Source: an uncultured Actinomycetes bacterium (GTDB taxonomy: Bacteria; Actinomycetota; UBA4738; HRBIN12). From it: a stretch of DNA of 64,000 nucleotides. Positions 29,429-38,656 of this stretch are shown piece by piece. Each line of letters starts with the position of its first letter. The stretch's first letter is position 1. The notes under the pieces were generated by a model. The model made no database searches, was not told the DNA's origin, and saw only the letters and a list, made by a program, of their open reading frames with translations. A program made the translations under genes and the position numbers. The DNA is taken from assembly GCA_963765865.1 (NCBI GenBank), contig CAVXYE010000005.1, positions 59,854 through 123,853 of the forward strand, read 5' to 3'.

Positions 29429-30186
29429 GAACGATCGCGCTGTGCGCGCTCGCGATGCTGATGACCGGCTGCATCAAGGTCGACCTGAACATGGAGCTGC
29501 ACGGCGACAACACCGTCGGTGGGACGATGGTCTTCGCGGTCAGCCGAGACCTCCTGGCGCTCACGGGCTCGTCCGCCGACGACCTCCTCGGCCAGATCAC
29601 CGCGAGCGCCGGCCCGCTGCCCTCCGGGGTGCAGTTCCAGGAGTCCCCCTACGCGGACGACAAGTTCGAGGGGAAGACGTACACGTTCCACGATGTCCCC
29701 ATCGATGCGTTCAGTCAGGGCACCACGGCCGGAGAGACCATCTCGATCAAGCGGGTCGGCGACACGTTCCAGGTCAACGGAGAGATCGACCTCACACAGG
29801 CCGCGACCGGCCCGCTCCAGCCGGGTGCCGCTCAGTTGGCCAAGGACATGGAGCTGCGCATCGCGATCACGTTCCCGGGTCCCGTGTCGCAACAGTCCGG
29901 CGGCACGATCACGGGGAACACCGTCACGTGGACGCCGGCGTTCGGCGAGAAGACCGAGATCCAGGCGACCGGGAGTGCGATCGGCAGCGGCGGCAACGGG
30001 CCGACGATGTGGATCCTGCTCGGGCTCGCGATCCTGCTGGTGGTGGTGGTGGCGCTGGTCCTCGTGCGGAGCCGGCGGAGCCGGGTCCCACCCGAGGCCG
30101 GAACGGAGATGGCCGCAACCCCTCCGGCGCCCGCGCCCCTCGCTGCGACGGACGACTCGCCGCAGCCACCGCCGCCCGCAGGTTGA
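29401..30186 (+). CDS. LppM-like lipoprotein with a C-terminal TM anchor and Pro-rich tail
   Basis: GGAGG RBS. The signal peptide has the lipobox LMTGC. There is a beta-rich ectodomain (ITFPGPV...TVTW), a C-terminal TM (MWILLGLAILLVVVVALVLV) and a Pro-rich end. The family call is from memory of the LppM/DUF3153 architecture. Confidence 0.55.
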   Translation: MTATLRATARTIALCALAMLMTGCIKVDLNMELHGDNTVGGTMVFAVSRDLLALTGSSADDLLGQITASAGPLPSGVQFQESPYADDKFEGKTYTFHDVPIDAFSQGTTAGETISIKRVGDTFQVNGEIDLTQAATGPLQPGAAQLAKDMELRIAITFPGPVSQQSGGTITGNTVTWTPAFGEKTEIQATGSAIGSGGNGPTMWILLGLAILLVVVVALVLVRSRRSRVPPEAGTEMAATPPAPAPLAATDDSPQPPPPAG

Positions 30187-30196
30187 CGGGTCCTCG

Positions 30197-31339
30197 TCAC
30201 AGGACGGCGGATTCGGCGACGAGGTCGCCCTCGACGAAGCGCGACGGCCTGAGCGGCCGGAGGTCGAACGTCTCGCCCCGCCCCCGTGTGACGAGCTCCC
30301 GGATCGCGCGCCCGGCGGCCGGCGCGTGCATCAGCCCGTGGCCCCCGAACCCGACGCAGTGGAAGAGGCCCGGTACGGTCGGGTCCTCGCCGATGATCGC
30401 GTGGTGGTCCGGCGTCTCCGGGTAGAGGCCCGCCCAACACTGTGACGGATCCATCGGCAGATCGAGGATCGACGGGAACCGGTTGGGGAGTCTGGCGGCG
30501 AGCGCCGGGAGGAAGGCGGGATCGACCGACGTGTCCCACCCGGGCGGATCGCCGGGGTCGGAGTATGCGACGACCCACCCGCCGGCGGGCTCACGTCGCA
30601 CGAGGACGCCGGTGTCCACGTCCACCGTCATCGGTGTGAGCCCGCCGGCGGGTGACGGGTCCATCACGTGCGCGAGGTTGCGACGCACGGGCTCGACCGG
30701 CACATCGCTTCCCAGGAGCCGCGCGACCGCCCGAGCTCCCGTCCCGGCCGCGTTCACGATCGCGTCCGCGTGCAGATCACCGTTCGCATGCCGGACGACG
30801 AAGCCGGGTTCGATCGAGCTCACGGCGGCGCGCGAGACGATCGTGGCGCCCCTCGTGCGTGCCTCGGCGAGGAGCGCCGCGACGAGGCCCGCGGGATCGA
30901 GGAAACCGTCTCGGGCATGGAACGTGCCTCCTCGGATGCCCTCGGCCCTGACGAAGGGAACCAGGGAGGCGATCTCGGCCGGCTCGAGCCATCGGGTCTC
31001 GACGCCGAGGCGGCGCTGGAGCTCGATGGCGTCGCGCAACCTGCGTTCGCTCGCATCCGCTCCCGCCAGCAAGAGGTAACCGGTCTGATGGAAGCCGAGG
31101 CCCCCGACGGTCCGCTCGAGCGCTTCCAGCTCGCCGATCGAGAACCGCGAGAAGGCGATGTTGACCTCGGTCGTGAACTGCGCCCGGATGCCACCGTTGG
31201 CGAGTGCCGACGATCCTCGGCCGGCCGCCTCCGCCGCCTCGAGCACCGTCACGTTCACGCCCGCACCGGCGAGCTCGCGCGCGCAGGAGAGACCGATCAC
31301 GCCGGCGCCGATCACCGCAACGTCGGTCCGATCCGCCAT
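30197..31339 (-). CDS. FAD-dependent oxidoreductase (DAO family; glycine/D-amino-acid/sarcosine oxidase-like)
   Basis: 380 aa with the dinucleotide-binding motif DVAVIGAGVIGLSCARELA and a C-terminal GFGGHGLMHAPA. Confidence 0.85.
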   Translation of the reverse strand: MADRTDVAVIGAGVIGLSCARELAGAGVNVTVLEAAEAAGRGSSALANGGIRAQFTTEVNIAFSRFSIGELEALERTVGGLGFHQTGYLLLAGADASERRLRDAIELQRRLGVETRWLEPAEIASLVPFVRAEGIRGGTFHARDGFLDPAGLVAALLAEARTRGATIVSRAAVSSIEPGFVVRHANGDLHADAIVNAAGTGARAVARLLGSDVPVEPVRRNLAHVMDPSPAGGLTPMTVDVDTGVLVRREPAGGWVVAYSDPGDPPGWDTSVDPAFLPALAARLPNRFPSILDLPMDPSQCWAGLYPETPDHHAIIGEDPTVPGLFHCVGFGGHGLMHAPAAGRAIRELVTRGRGETFDLRPLRPSRFVEGDLVAESAVL

Positions 31340-31369
31340 CCGCTCACGCTACCCGAGCGAGCCTCGGTC

Positions 31370-34300
31370 TCAGCGGCGGAAGCGGCCTCGCTTCTTCTTC
31401 TCGGCCTCGGAGCTGGCCGCGAACGCCTCGGCGATCGGCGGGGGCGGTGGGCGATCGTCCGCGACGGCTTCCGGTTCGTCCGCGACGGCTTCCGGGTCGT
31501 CCGGGGCCGCTTCGGGCTCGGGTTCCGGGGGCGAAGTTGCGGCGGACGTTGGTTCGGTCGGCGCGGCCGGCTCCGGGCCGAGCTCGTCGGCCGTCGCATC
31601 GGCCGGATCCGCGACGATCTCGGGCGCGGGTCGATCCTCGTCTTCGGGCGCGGCGCGGGGAGCGTCGTCCTCCCCGGACGGCGGGAGGTGGTCCTCGGCC
31701 GACAGGTGCCGGAAGACGGCGGCCGCCTGCGCGGACGCGCCCTTGCGATCGAGGAGCCGGAACGCGCGACGCTCGAAGGGCTGGGCTTCGTTCGGCCGGC
31801 CGGACAGGCGCAGGACCTCCGCGAGATGCAACAAGGCGTTCGCGCGGAGGTCCGTCGAGTCCGTCTGTTCCGCGAGCGATACGGCCTCGCGACCGAGCTT
31901 GTCCGCGCGGCGGACGTCGCCCAGCCGGACGAGGGCCCGGGCACGCGCGGTGCGGCACCCGACGAGCGCCGTCGGTTCGGTCGCCCACGTCTCCGCGACG
32001 TCCGCGAGGGCCATGGCCTCCTCGACCCGATCCTCGGTCGCGAGGACGAGGTTCGCCCACGATGCAGCGATGGTCGCTCGCAGCCGGTCGTCACGGGCGT
32101 GCGACGCGGCGGCGAGGGCGCGCTGGATCGGCGGCTCGGCGGCGTCGAACTCGCCGGCGAGCCAGCCGATCACGCCCGCGCGATGCAGGGCGACGGCGAG
32201 GTCGGCGTCGGCGACCAGTCTCTCGATCGTGGCGATCGCGTTCCCGATCAGTTCGCGCGCCTCGTCGAAACGCCCTCGTCGTGCGAGGAGCACGCCGAGG
32301 ACGCCGGCAAGATCCTGTTCGGCGAGTGGATGTCCCGCGGCGTCGGCTCGCAGGCCTTCGCACCGGACGATCGCGTGCTCGACCGGCATCGGCCCGTCCA
32401 GCAGCGCTCGTCCGATCCCGCGGAGCGCCCGCGCGGCCTCGATCGGGTGCTGCGAGGCGCTCGCTCGCTCGGCGGCCTCGGTCAGGTCCTCCACCACCGC
32501 CGCGGCATGCCCGCGCGCGGCATGGACCTGCCCGCGGAGCGCGGCGGCGCACGCCAGCCCCCACCCGTCCTCGAGCTCGGCGAACCGCTCGTACGCCTCA
32601 TCGGCGATCGCTCGTGCGCCGTCCAGCGTGGCTCGGTCGACCGACGCGCGCAGCGATGCCCGGAGGATCCGGACGTGGTGATCGATCCGATCGCCCGGGA
32701 CCCCCACGGTGGCGGTCAACGCCGCGTTGATCGCGGCCTCCGCCTCCCGCACGCGCCCGGTCTCGACCTCGTGCGCGGCGGCGCGGAACAGCAGCTCGGC
32801 GCGGACGGGGTCGTCCTTCTCCAGGAGGGAGGCCATCCGTCGTTCCAGGATCGCGGCGCCCGCTGCGTCGCCGACCTCCCCGGCGTGCTCGGCGGCATCG
32901 CTCAGCAGGTCGAGCGCATCGACGCGATCCGGGTCCTCCGCCGCAACGTCCCGGCGGAGCAGGAGGGCTTCGGCCAGATGCGTGCCGGCCGAGCCGGCGA
33001 AACGACGCCGTCGCGAACCCGCGGCGTCCAGGATCGCCCGTGCGGCGCGGATGTGGGCCTCGGCGGCGCGGGCCGGCGACGCGCCGGTCGCAGCGGTCGC
33101 ACGTGCCAGCGGGTGGACGAACGTGGTCGCCGTCCCGTCGGCCACGAGGATGCCCGCGGCGACCAACTCAGCGAGCTGCCGCTCGATATCCGCGCCCGAG
33201 TCCCCCTCGTCGTCGGACGCCAGCAGCGGCGACGCCGGGAGGGTCGTGCCCATGACCGCCGCGACCGCCGCCGTCGCCCGGACGTCGGCGGGCAGGGCGC
33301 GCAGGCGGGCGTCGAGGACGTCCCCGACGGAGCCGAACGGAGGGAGCGGGTCCGCCCCGAGCGCCCATCCGCCCGCTTCACGGGAAAGGGCCGGGGTCTC
33401 GACCAAGAGCGCCAGGCCGTGCTCGAGCGCGAGCGGATTGGTCCCGAGCGCTCCCACGATCGCGGCGGCGACCTCCTCGCCGGACGCACCGAGCCGAGCC
33501 GCGACCAGCCGTTCTGCCGTCGCGACATCGAATGGGGCCATCGGGAGCGTGTCCGTGATGCCGGGCGGTTCACCGGCGGCGGTGCAAACGATGAGGAGCG
33601 GCGTCGCGTCGAGCGATCGTGCGAGATCGGCGAGGAAGGACGAGAAACCGAACGAGACCCGGTCGACGTCGTCGACCACCAGGATCGCCGGTCCGTCGAA
33701 GACCGCCTCGAACAGCGTGCGCATCGCCCACGTGGTCTCGTCGGCGGCGCCGGAGGCGCCGTCGATCGAGACCACGTGGGCGAGTCGGTCAGCGATCCGG
33801 TCGCCGTCGGGCAGGTGCCCGACCAGTCGTTCGAGGGTCGCACGGACGTCTGCGGACGTCTCATCGCCGGTGAGTCCCGCGACGCGTTCGACCAGCTCCT
33901 CGATCGGCCATGCCCCGACCGCACCGACCGTGTCTGGCTCGCACGCGAGCCGGACGATCCGGACGGCCGGAGCGGAGGCGTTCGCGAACTCGGCGAGCAG
34001 CCTCGTCCTGCCGGCGCCGACCTCGCCGATCAGCGCAACACACATCGCGCGGCCCTGGTCGCGGACGGTGGCGAGCCTTCCCGTCAGCTCGGCGAGCTCA
34101 CGTTCCCGACCGACGAAGGGCGTCCGGCGGGCCCCGATAGGATCTGCGAGGTCGGCATCGACGGGTCGCCTCGGAGGCTCGGCGGAAGGAGCCGCGAGGT
34201 CGCGGATCGAACGGAGCGACGGGGTGCCCTTCCCGTCCGCGAGCGGTTCGATCACGGCCGCGCCCTCGGTGAGCGGCAAGATCTCGTCGCCCGGGACGAT

Positions 34301-34783
34301 CGTTCCCGGCTGCGCGAGCGCCTGGAGCTCGGCGGCGCGATCGATCAGGTACTGCCAGATCGCATCCTGGTCGGACCGTTCGGTCACCTCGGACGCGTCG
34401 ATCCCGAGCCGGACGTCCGGACAGGCGGTCGCCGCGTCGAGGGCCGCGCGCGCCGCGGTGACCGCGGCATCCTCCTTCGGCGGGAACAACGCCACGAGCG
34501 TCGCCGGTGCTTGCGAGACGCCCTCGAAGACGGCCCCCAGCGACTCGAAGATCCCACCCACCTCGTGCAACACGTCGTACGCGCTGCGGCCCGTGATCGC
34601 GGCCGCGACCGCTGCGAACACGGGCGGTCCCGGCACCCGCTGATGGACGAGCGCCGTGCCGCAGAAGGCGCAGAACGCCGCCTCGGCTTGGGAATGCCGT
34701 CCGCACGCCGGGCACGCCGGGGACCTCGTCGCGGGCTCGTCGAGACGGTCGCCGGCGTACGGGGTCCCGAGATCGCTACTCAT
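31370..34783 (-). CDS. Zinc-ribbon / degenerate class-III-cyclase-like / AAA(STAND)-ATPase / TPR-like repeat protein with an acidic low-complexity tail
   Basis: 1137 aa counted from MSSDLG. Has CPACG...CAFCG and a cyclase-like block lacking the first metal Asp (VFAAVAAAITGRS where F.D..G.T is expected; RLGIDASEV; AELQALAQPGTIV). PFVGRERELAEL is followed by the Walker A GEVGAGRT and ILVVDDVD. A long helical repeat region follows, then the tail ...DDPEAVADEPEAVADD...KKKRGRFRR. The start overlaps the pilT stop. Confidence 0.8.
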   Translation of the reverse strand: MSSDLGTPYAGDRLDEPATRSPACPACGRHSQAEAAFCAFCGTALVHQRVPGPPVFAAVAAAITGRSAYDVLHEVGGIFESLGAVFEGVSQAPATLVALFPPKEDAAVTAARAALDAATACPDVRLGIDASEVTERSDQDAIWQYLIDRAAELQALAQPGTIVPGDEILPLTEGAAVIEPLADGKGTPSLRSIRDLAAPSAEPPRRPVDADLADPIGARRTPFVGRERELAELTGRLATVRDQGRAMCVALIGEVGAGRTRLLAEFANASAPAVRIVRLACEPDTVGAVGAWPIEELVERVAGLTGDETSADVRATLERLVGHLPDGDRIADRLAHVVSIDGASGAADETTWAMRTLFEAVFDGPAILVVDDVDRVSFGFSSFLADLARSLDATPLLIVCTAAGEPPGITDTLPMAPFDVATAERLVAARLGASGEEVAAAIVGALGTNPLALEHGLALLVETPALSREAGGWALGADPLPPFGSVGDVLDARLRALPADVRATAAVAAVMGTTLPASPLLASDDEGDSGADIERQLAELVAAGILVADGTATTFVHPLARATAATGASPARAAEAHIRAARAILDAAGSRRRRFAGSAGTHLAEALLLRRDVAAEDPDRVDALDLLSDAAEHAGEVGDAAGAAILERRMASLLEKDDPVRAELLFRAAAHEVETGRVREAEAAINAALTATVGVPGDRIDHHVRILRASLRASVDRATLDGARAIADEAYERFAELEDGWGLACAAALRGQVHAARGHAAAVVEDLTEAAERASASQHPIEAARALRGIGRALLDGPMPVEHAIVRCEGLRADAAGHPLAEQDLAGVLGVLLARRGRFDEARELIGNAIATIERLVADADLAVALHRAGVIGWLAGEFDAAEPPIQRALAAASHARDDRLRATIAASWANLVLATEDRVEEAMALADVAETWATEPTALVGCRTARARALVRLGDVRRADKLGREAVSLAEQTDSTDLRANALLHLAEVLRLSGRPNEAQPFERRAFRLLDRKGASAQAAAVFRHLSAEDHLPPSGEDDAPRAAPEDEDRPAPEIVADPADATADELGPEPAAPTEPTSAATSPPEPEPEAAPDDPEAVADEPEAVADDRPPPPPIAEAFAASSEAEKKKRGRFRR

Positions 34784-35897
34784 CCGGGACGGCTCCGTGG
34801 GCGACCAGCTCGTCGAGCGCCGGGATGGGCTCGGTCGCGGCCGCGCCGAGCGCCAGGGCGAAGTCGTGGGGGTTCGTGGCAACGACGCGCGCGTCCTGCT
34901 CGGAGACGACCCCGGTTCGGACGAGCTCGAGCAGGGACTGGTCGAACGTCTGCATGCCGTCGTAGCCGCTCTCGGCGATCACCTCGGGCAGCCCGGAGGT
35001 CTGTTCGGCGTCGAGGATCCGCTCGTAGACGCGGCCGGTATTGAGGAGCACCTCGACCGCGGGGACCCGGCCGAGGCCGTCCGCGCGCTCGAGCAGCCGC
35101 TGCGAGACGACGCCCCGCAGCGCGCCGGCGAGAGAGACGCGCGCCTGCGGCTGCTGCTGCGGTGGGAACAGCTCGACGACGCGCGAGATCGTCTCGGTCG
35201 CGTCGATCGTGTGGAGCGTCGACAAGACGAGGTGTCCCGTCTGCGCCGCCTGGATCGCGGCGAGCGCGGTCTCGTGGTCGCGGATCTCGCCGAGGAAGAC
35301 CACGTCCGGATCCTGCCGGAGCGCCTGTCGGAGCGCGGATCCGTACGAGCCGGTGTCCCGCCCGACCTCCCGTTGACGGATCACCGACATGCTGTCGGTG
35401 TGCACGACCTCGATCGGGTCTTCGATCGTCACGATGTGCGCGCGGCGCGTCCGGTTGATGAACCCGATCAGCGCCGCGATCGTCGTCGTCTTGCCCGCGC
35501 CCGTCGGACCGGTGACCAGCACCAGCCCACGTTTCGTCTCGGCGAGCGAGCGGATCGTCTCGGGCAGGTGGAGCTGCTCGAACGTGAGGTCCTCGGGGCT
35601 CACCCAGCGGATCGCGAGCCCGACCGTGTCGGACTCACGGAGGACGTTGACGCGGAACCGCCCGACCCCTTCGAGGGTGTAGGCGAAGTCCGCCTCCTTC
35701 GTACGTGCGAACTCGTCCGCCTTGTGCGACGGCATCAGAGCGTCGGCCGCTGCCCGTGTCTCAGCGGCGGTGAGCGATGGGAACGGGGCCGGCAGCAACT
35801 CGCCGTCAACCCTGATGAACGGGACGTTCCCCGCCTTCAGGTGGACGTCGCTCGCCCGCCGCTCCACCGCGTAGCGAAGCAGTTCTGCTGGGTCCAT
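34776..35897 (-). CDS. pilT: Type IV pilus retraction ATPase PilT-type (secretion ATPase family)
   Basis: 373 aa counted from MDPAELL. ASDVHL, the Walker A GPTGAGKTTT, Asp box IVTIEDPIE, Walker B DPDVVFLGEIRD and His box GHLVLSTLHT. Confidence 0.9.
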   Translation of the reverse strand: MDPAELLRYAVERRASDVHLKAGNVPFIRVDGELLPAPFPSLTAAETRAAADALMPSHKADEFARTKEADFAYTLEGVGRFRVNVLRESDTVGLAIRWVSPEDLTFEQLHLPETIRSLAETKRGLVLVTGPTGAGKTTTIAALIGFINRTRRAHIVTIEDPIEVVHTDSMSVIRQREVGRDTGSYGSALRQALRQDPDVVFLGEIRDHETALAAIQAAQTGHLVLSTLHTIDATETISRVVELFPPQQQPQARVSLAGALRGVVSQRLLERADGLGRVPAVEVLLNTGRVYERILDAEQTSGLPEVIAESGYDGMQTFDQSLLELVRTGVVSEQDARVVATNPHDFALALGAAATEPIPALDELVAHGAVPDE

Positions 35898-36021
35898 GGA
35901 CCAGGCCTTCCCGGGAGATCCTTCCCGAAAGGCTTCGGCCGCAGGGCGGACCGCTTGAGCGGACCCGCCGGCGGCGCCCGGGGGACAGGCACGGAGGCAT
36001 TGCACGGCAAGCGGAACGCGG

Positions 36022-36702
36022 TCAGGCCACGGGCCGAGAGCGGTCCTCGATCTCCCACGCGTGATCGAGCACGTGCCAGGCGGCTCGCCGCATGAAGTAG
36101 CGGGGCGTCCACAGGAGGCCCGACCGCGGGGTCCGTTCGGGAGGTTCACCGCGCGCCCGGGAGGCGAACACGGCCAAGATCGTTGCCCTCGCGTCACCCG
36201 CGGACCGCCGCGCCCCGAGCTTCGACAGGTAGGCGACCTCCGCGTCGGTGACGTGCTCCACGATCGCGGCGAGCTGGCGGCCGCCGCCGCGCGGCCCCGT
36301 CCGGAGCACGAGGCCGTCGGCGGCGGCCGCCGCCCGGTCGAGCGCCGACCAGCAGGCCTTCATGATCGCGGCGAGCCGCCTCGCCTCCTCCTCGTCGACC
36401 GGCCGGTCATCCGATCTCGGCGCGACCCCGGGCGCACCGAAGTCGGTCGTCGCATCCCCCGTGAGCCGCTCGACGACGCGGAACCGACCGACGTCCGTCG
36501 GCGCGACGTAGCCCAGCCGGCGCCTTCCCACGGCCTTCGCATACCGTGGCCCGTACGCGAGGAGCGCCTCGAGTGCCCCCTCCTCCGTTCGTCCACCGCG
36601 GCACCAGCCCGGCCACGCGTTCGCGCCTGCGAAGACACGCTTCGCTCCGCGTTCGATGGTGACCTCGTACCGAGCGGGCATCCGTTCGTCCTCTCGAATC
36701 AT
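36022..36702 (-). CDS. Hypothetical protein, possibly DinB-like superfamily
   Basis: 226-aa ORF with good codon bias. The C-terminal half has His-containing helices (IVEHVTDAEVAYL, AAWHVLDHAWEIEDR) reminiscent of DinB_2. The assignment is weak. Confidence 0.45.
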   Translation of the reverse strand: MIREDERMPARYEVTIERGAKRVFAGANAWPGWCRGGRTEEGALEALLAYGPRYAKAVGRRRLGYVAPTDVGRFRVVERLTGDATTDFGAPGVAPRSDDRPVDEEEARRLAAIMKACWSALDRAAAAADGLVLRTGPRGGGRQLAAIVEHVTDAEVAYLSKLGARRSAGDARATILAVFASRARGEPPERTPRSGLLWTPRYFMRRAAWHVLDHAWEIEDRSRPVA

Positions 36703-36714
36703 CGCGCCGTCGCC

Positions 36715-37344
36715 TCACCGTTCGGCGGAACGGTGCGACCGGTCTCGCCCGAAGACCGAGCTCTCGATCACCCAGAAGAGCGCGAACACGCCGAACCCGA
36801 TCGCGCCCACAACGGGATCGATCGCGGCGACCACCGTGAGAGCGAGGTAGAGCCACGGACCGAACACGAAGGTCTTCGAGATGCCGCGGACCGTTTCCGG
36901 ATCCGCGTCCGAGCGCAGCAGCCGTCCGCCTCGTGCGGCGTAGAACCAGATCGCGTTGAACAGCGCCGCGGTGAGCGTGAGCGTGATGCCGTACGCGATC
37001 GTCGCCGCCCTCGCGCCGTCTCCTTGGATGTTCTCGGCGACGAGTCGTGTGGGGAACGGGATGAACGCGACGACCATCAGGAAGCCAACCGTGATCATCA
37101 GGAAGGTGCGGTCCGCGTGATCGATCTGGTCCATCACGGTGTGGTGGTTCACCCAGATGATCCCGATCGTCAGGAAGCTGACGACGTAGGCGACGTAGGA
37201 CGGCCACGAGCACTCGAGCTGATGCGCGAGCGTCGCACCCGCAGGCGCGCACGATCCGAGATGGCTGTCGACGCTCAGGATCAGGAGCGTCGCCGCGATG
37301 GCGAAGACGCCGTCCGCGAAGGTCTCGAGCCGCCCCGTGTTCAT
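36715..37344 (-). CDS. TMEM175-family (DUF1211) potassium channel
   Basis: Counted from MNTGRLETFADGVFAIAATLLIL, the hallmark RLE.F.DGVFAI motif. There is a second repeat and multiple TMs. The start overlaps the upstream stop (ATGA). Confidence 0.8.
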   Translation of the reverse strand: MNTGRLETFADGVFAIAATLLILSVDSHLGSCAPAGATLAHQLECSWPSYVAYVVSFLTIGIIWVNHHTVMDQIDHADRTFLMITVGFLMVVAFIPFPTRLVAENIQGDGARAATIAYGITLTLTAALFNAIWFYAARGGRLLRSDADPETVRGISKTFVFGPWLYLALTVVAAIDPVVGAIGFGVFALFWVIESSVFGRDRSHRSAER

Positions 37345-37772
37345 CCGGGCTCGGCGTGGTCGGCCGGCTCGAGCACGATCACGGGGATGGTCCGCGAGGT
37401 CTTCTTGGGGTACTCGGCGAACGATGGCCACCGTTCTGCCTGACGTCGATAGAGCTCGGTCCGCTCGGGTTCCGCGGTCACCCGCGCCTTGGCCCGCAAC
37501 CGCCGGTCGCCCACCTCGATCGTGACGTCCGGGTTGGCCGCCACGTTGTAGTACCAGTCGGGGTTGGTCGGCGCCCCGCCCTTGGTCGCGAAGATGACGA
37601 ACCGCTCCCCGTCGGCGAGGTAGGCGAGCGGCGTCGTCCGCTCCGCTCCGCTCTTCGCTCCTCGCATCGTGAGGAGCAGGAGCGGACGGCCCTCGAAGTA
37701 CCCGCCGACCTTCCCGTGGTTCGCTCGGAACTCCTCGATGATCCCGGTGTTCCGATCGTCTGGATCAGCCAT
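37341..37772 (-). CDS. Deazaflavin (F420H2)-dependent nitroreductase family (Ddn-like) protein
   Basis: 143 aa. IIEEFRANHGKVGGYFEG..LLLLTMRGAKSG...TPL.Y...G....IFATKGGAPTNPDWYYN. GGAGGG RBS. Confidence 0.85.
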   Translation of the reverse strand: MADPDDRNTGIIEEFRANHGKVGGYFEGRPLLLLTMRGAKSGAERTTPLAYLADGERFVIFATKGGAPTNPDWYYNVAANPDVTIEVGDRRLRAKARVTAEPERTELYRRQAERWPSFAEYPKKTSRTIPVIVLEPADHAEPG

Positions 37773-37867
37773 GTTCCCTCCTCGTGCGATCGTGACGACA
37801 GCGAGCAGAACCCCGCGAACGTGGCCCGTGTTCCCACGGCCGCGAGTCTGCTGAGAAGAGCCGGACA

Positions 37868-37881
37868 TGACAGAACTGTCA
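37868..37881. promoter_or_regulatory. 14-bp perfect palindrome TGACAGAACTGTCA, candidate operator upstream of the response-regulator gene
   Basis: Perfect inverted repeat TGACAG/CTGTCA lying 70 nt upstream of the 37952 start. With its flanks (CATGACAGRACTGTCACCYT) it recurs at 45044-45063, in front of the oxidase operon. Confidence 0.4.
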
Positions 37882-37951
37882 CCCTGAGAGCGATCCCGAG
37901 GCCCTACCCAGGTTGGTGCGACCTGGCTACGCTGGGGCCTGAGGGAGGGCC

Positions 37952-38656
37952 GTGGACCCATCTGCTCGAGTAACCGAGGCCCAGCCGGCGCTGTCCGGCC
38001 GGGTGCTGCTCGTGGACGACGAGCAGCGCATCGTGAACTTCGTCCGCCGCGGTCTGGAGGCGGAGGGTCTCGAGGTCGACACCGCGGGAGGCGGGGACGA
38101 GGGTCTTCGCCTCGCGCGGTCACGGACCTACGACCTCCTCATCCTCGATCTGGTGATGCCGGACGTCGACGGGCTCTCCGTGCTGCAGCAGATCTTGGAG
38201 CGCAAGCCCGCCCAGCCCGTCCTCGTGCTCTCGGCCCTCAGCGACACGGCGTCGAAGGTGCGCTCGCTCGAGCTCGGCGCGGAGGACTACCTCTCGAAGC
38301 CGTTCTCGCTCGAGGAGCTGCTCGCCCGGGTGCGGGCGCGCCTGCGCACGGCGGCGCGAGCCGACCAGACGAAGTTGGTGGTTGGCCCGACGACGCTGGA
38401 CCTGATCCGGCGCCAGGTCGATGACGGTCGGGGACCGGTCCCGCTCGCCGACCGAGAGTTCCTGCTCCTTCAGGAGCTGATGCGGCACGCGGGACGCTCG
38501 GTGTCGAAGGAGCGGCTGCTGTCGTCGGTCTGGGGTTACCACTTCGACCCGGGGTCCAACGTGGTCGACGTCTACGTTGGCCGCCTCCGCGCGAAGCTCG
38601 GTCCGGACGCGATCACCACGATCCGTGGGGTGGGATACCGGTTCGATGCGTCCTGA
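37952..38656 (+). CDS. OmpR/PhoB-family response regulator
   Basis: 234 aa. Receiver domain (VLLVDDE...LLILDLVMPDVDG...LSA...K) plus a winged-helix C-terminus (...ITTIRGVGYRF). GGGAGGG RBS. Confidence 0.9.
   Translation: MDPSARVTEAQPALSGRVLLVDDEQRIVNFVRRGLEAEGLEVDTAGGGDEGLRLARSRTYDLLILDLVMPDVDGLSVLQQILERKPAQPVLVLSALSDTASKVRSLELGAEDYLSKPFSLEELLARVRARLRTAARADQTKLVVGPTTLDLIRRQVDDGRGPVPLADREFLLLQELMRHAGRSVSKERLLSSVWGYHFDPGSNVVDVYVGRLRAKLGPDAITTIRGVGYRFDAS

Noticed and set aside
30668-35044. 1458-aa ORF on the plus strand
   Set aside because: It is antisense to the FAD oxidoreductase, the STAND protein and pilT. It is extremely Arg/Gly-rich with no recognisable domains, so it is a high-GC shadow ORF.
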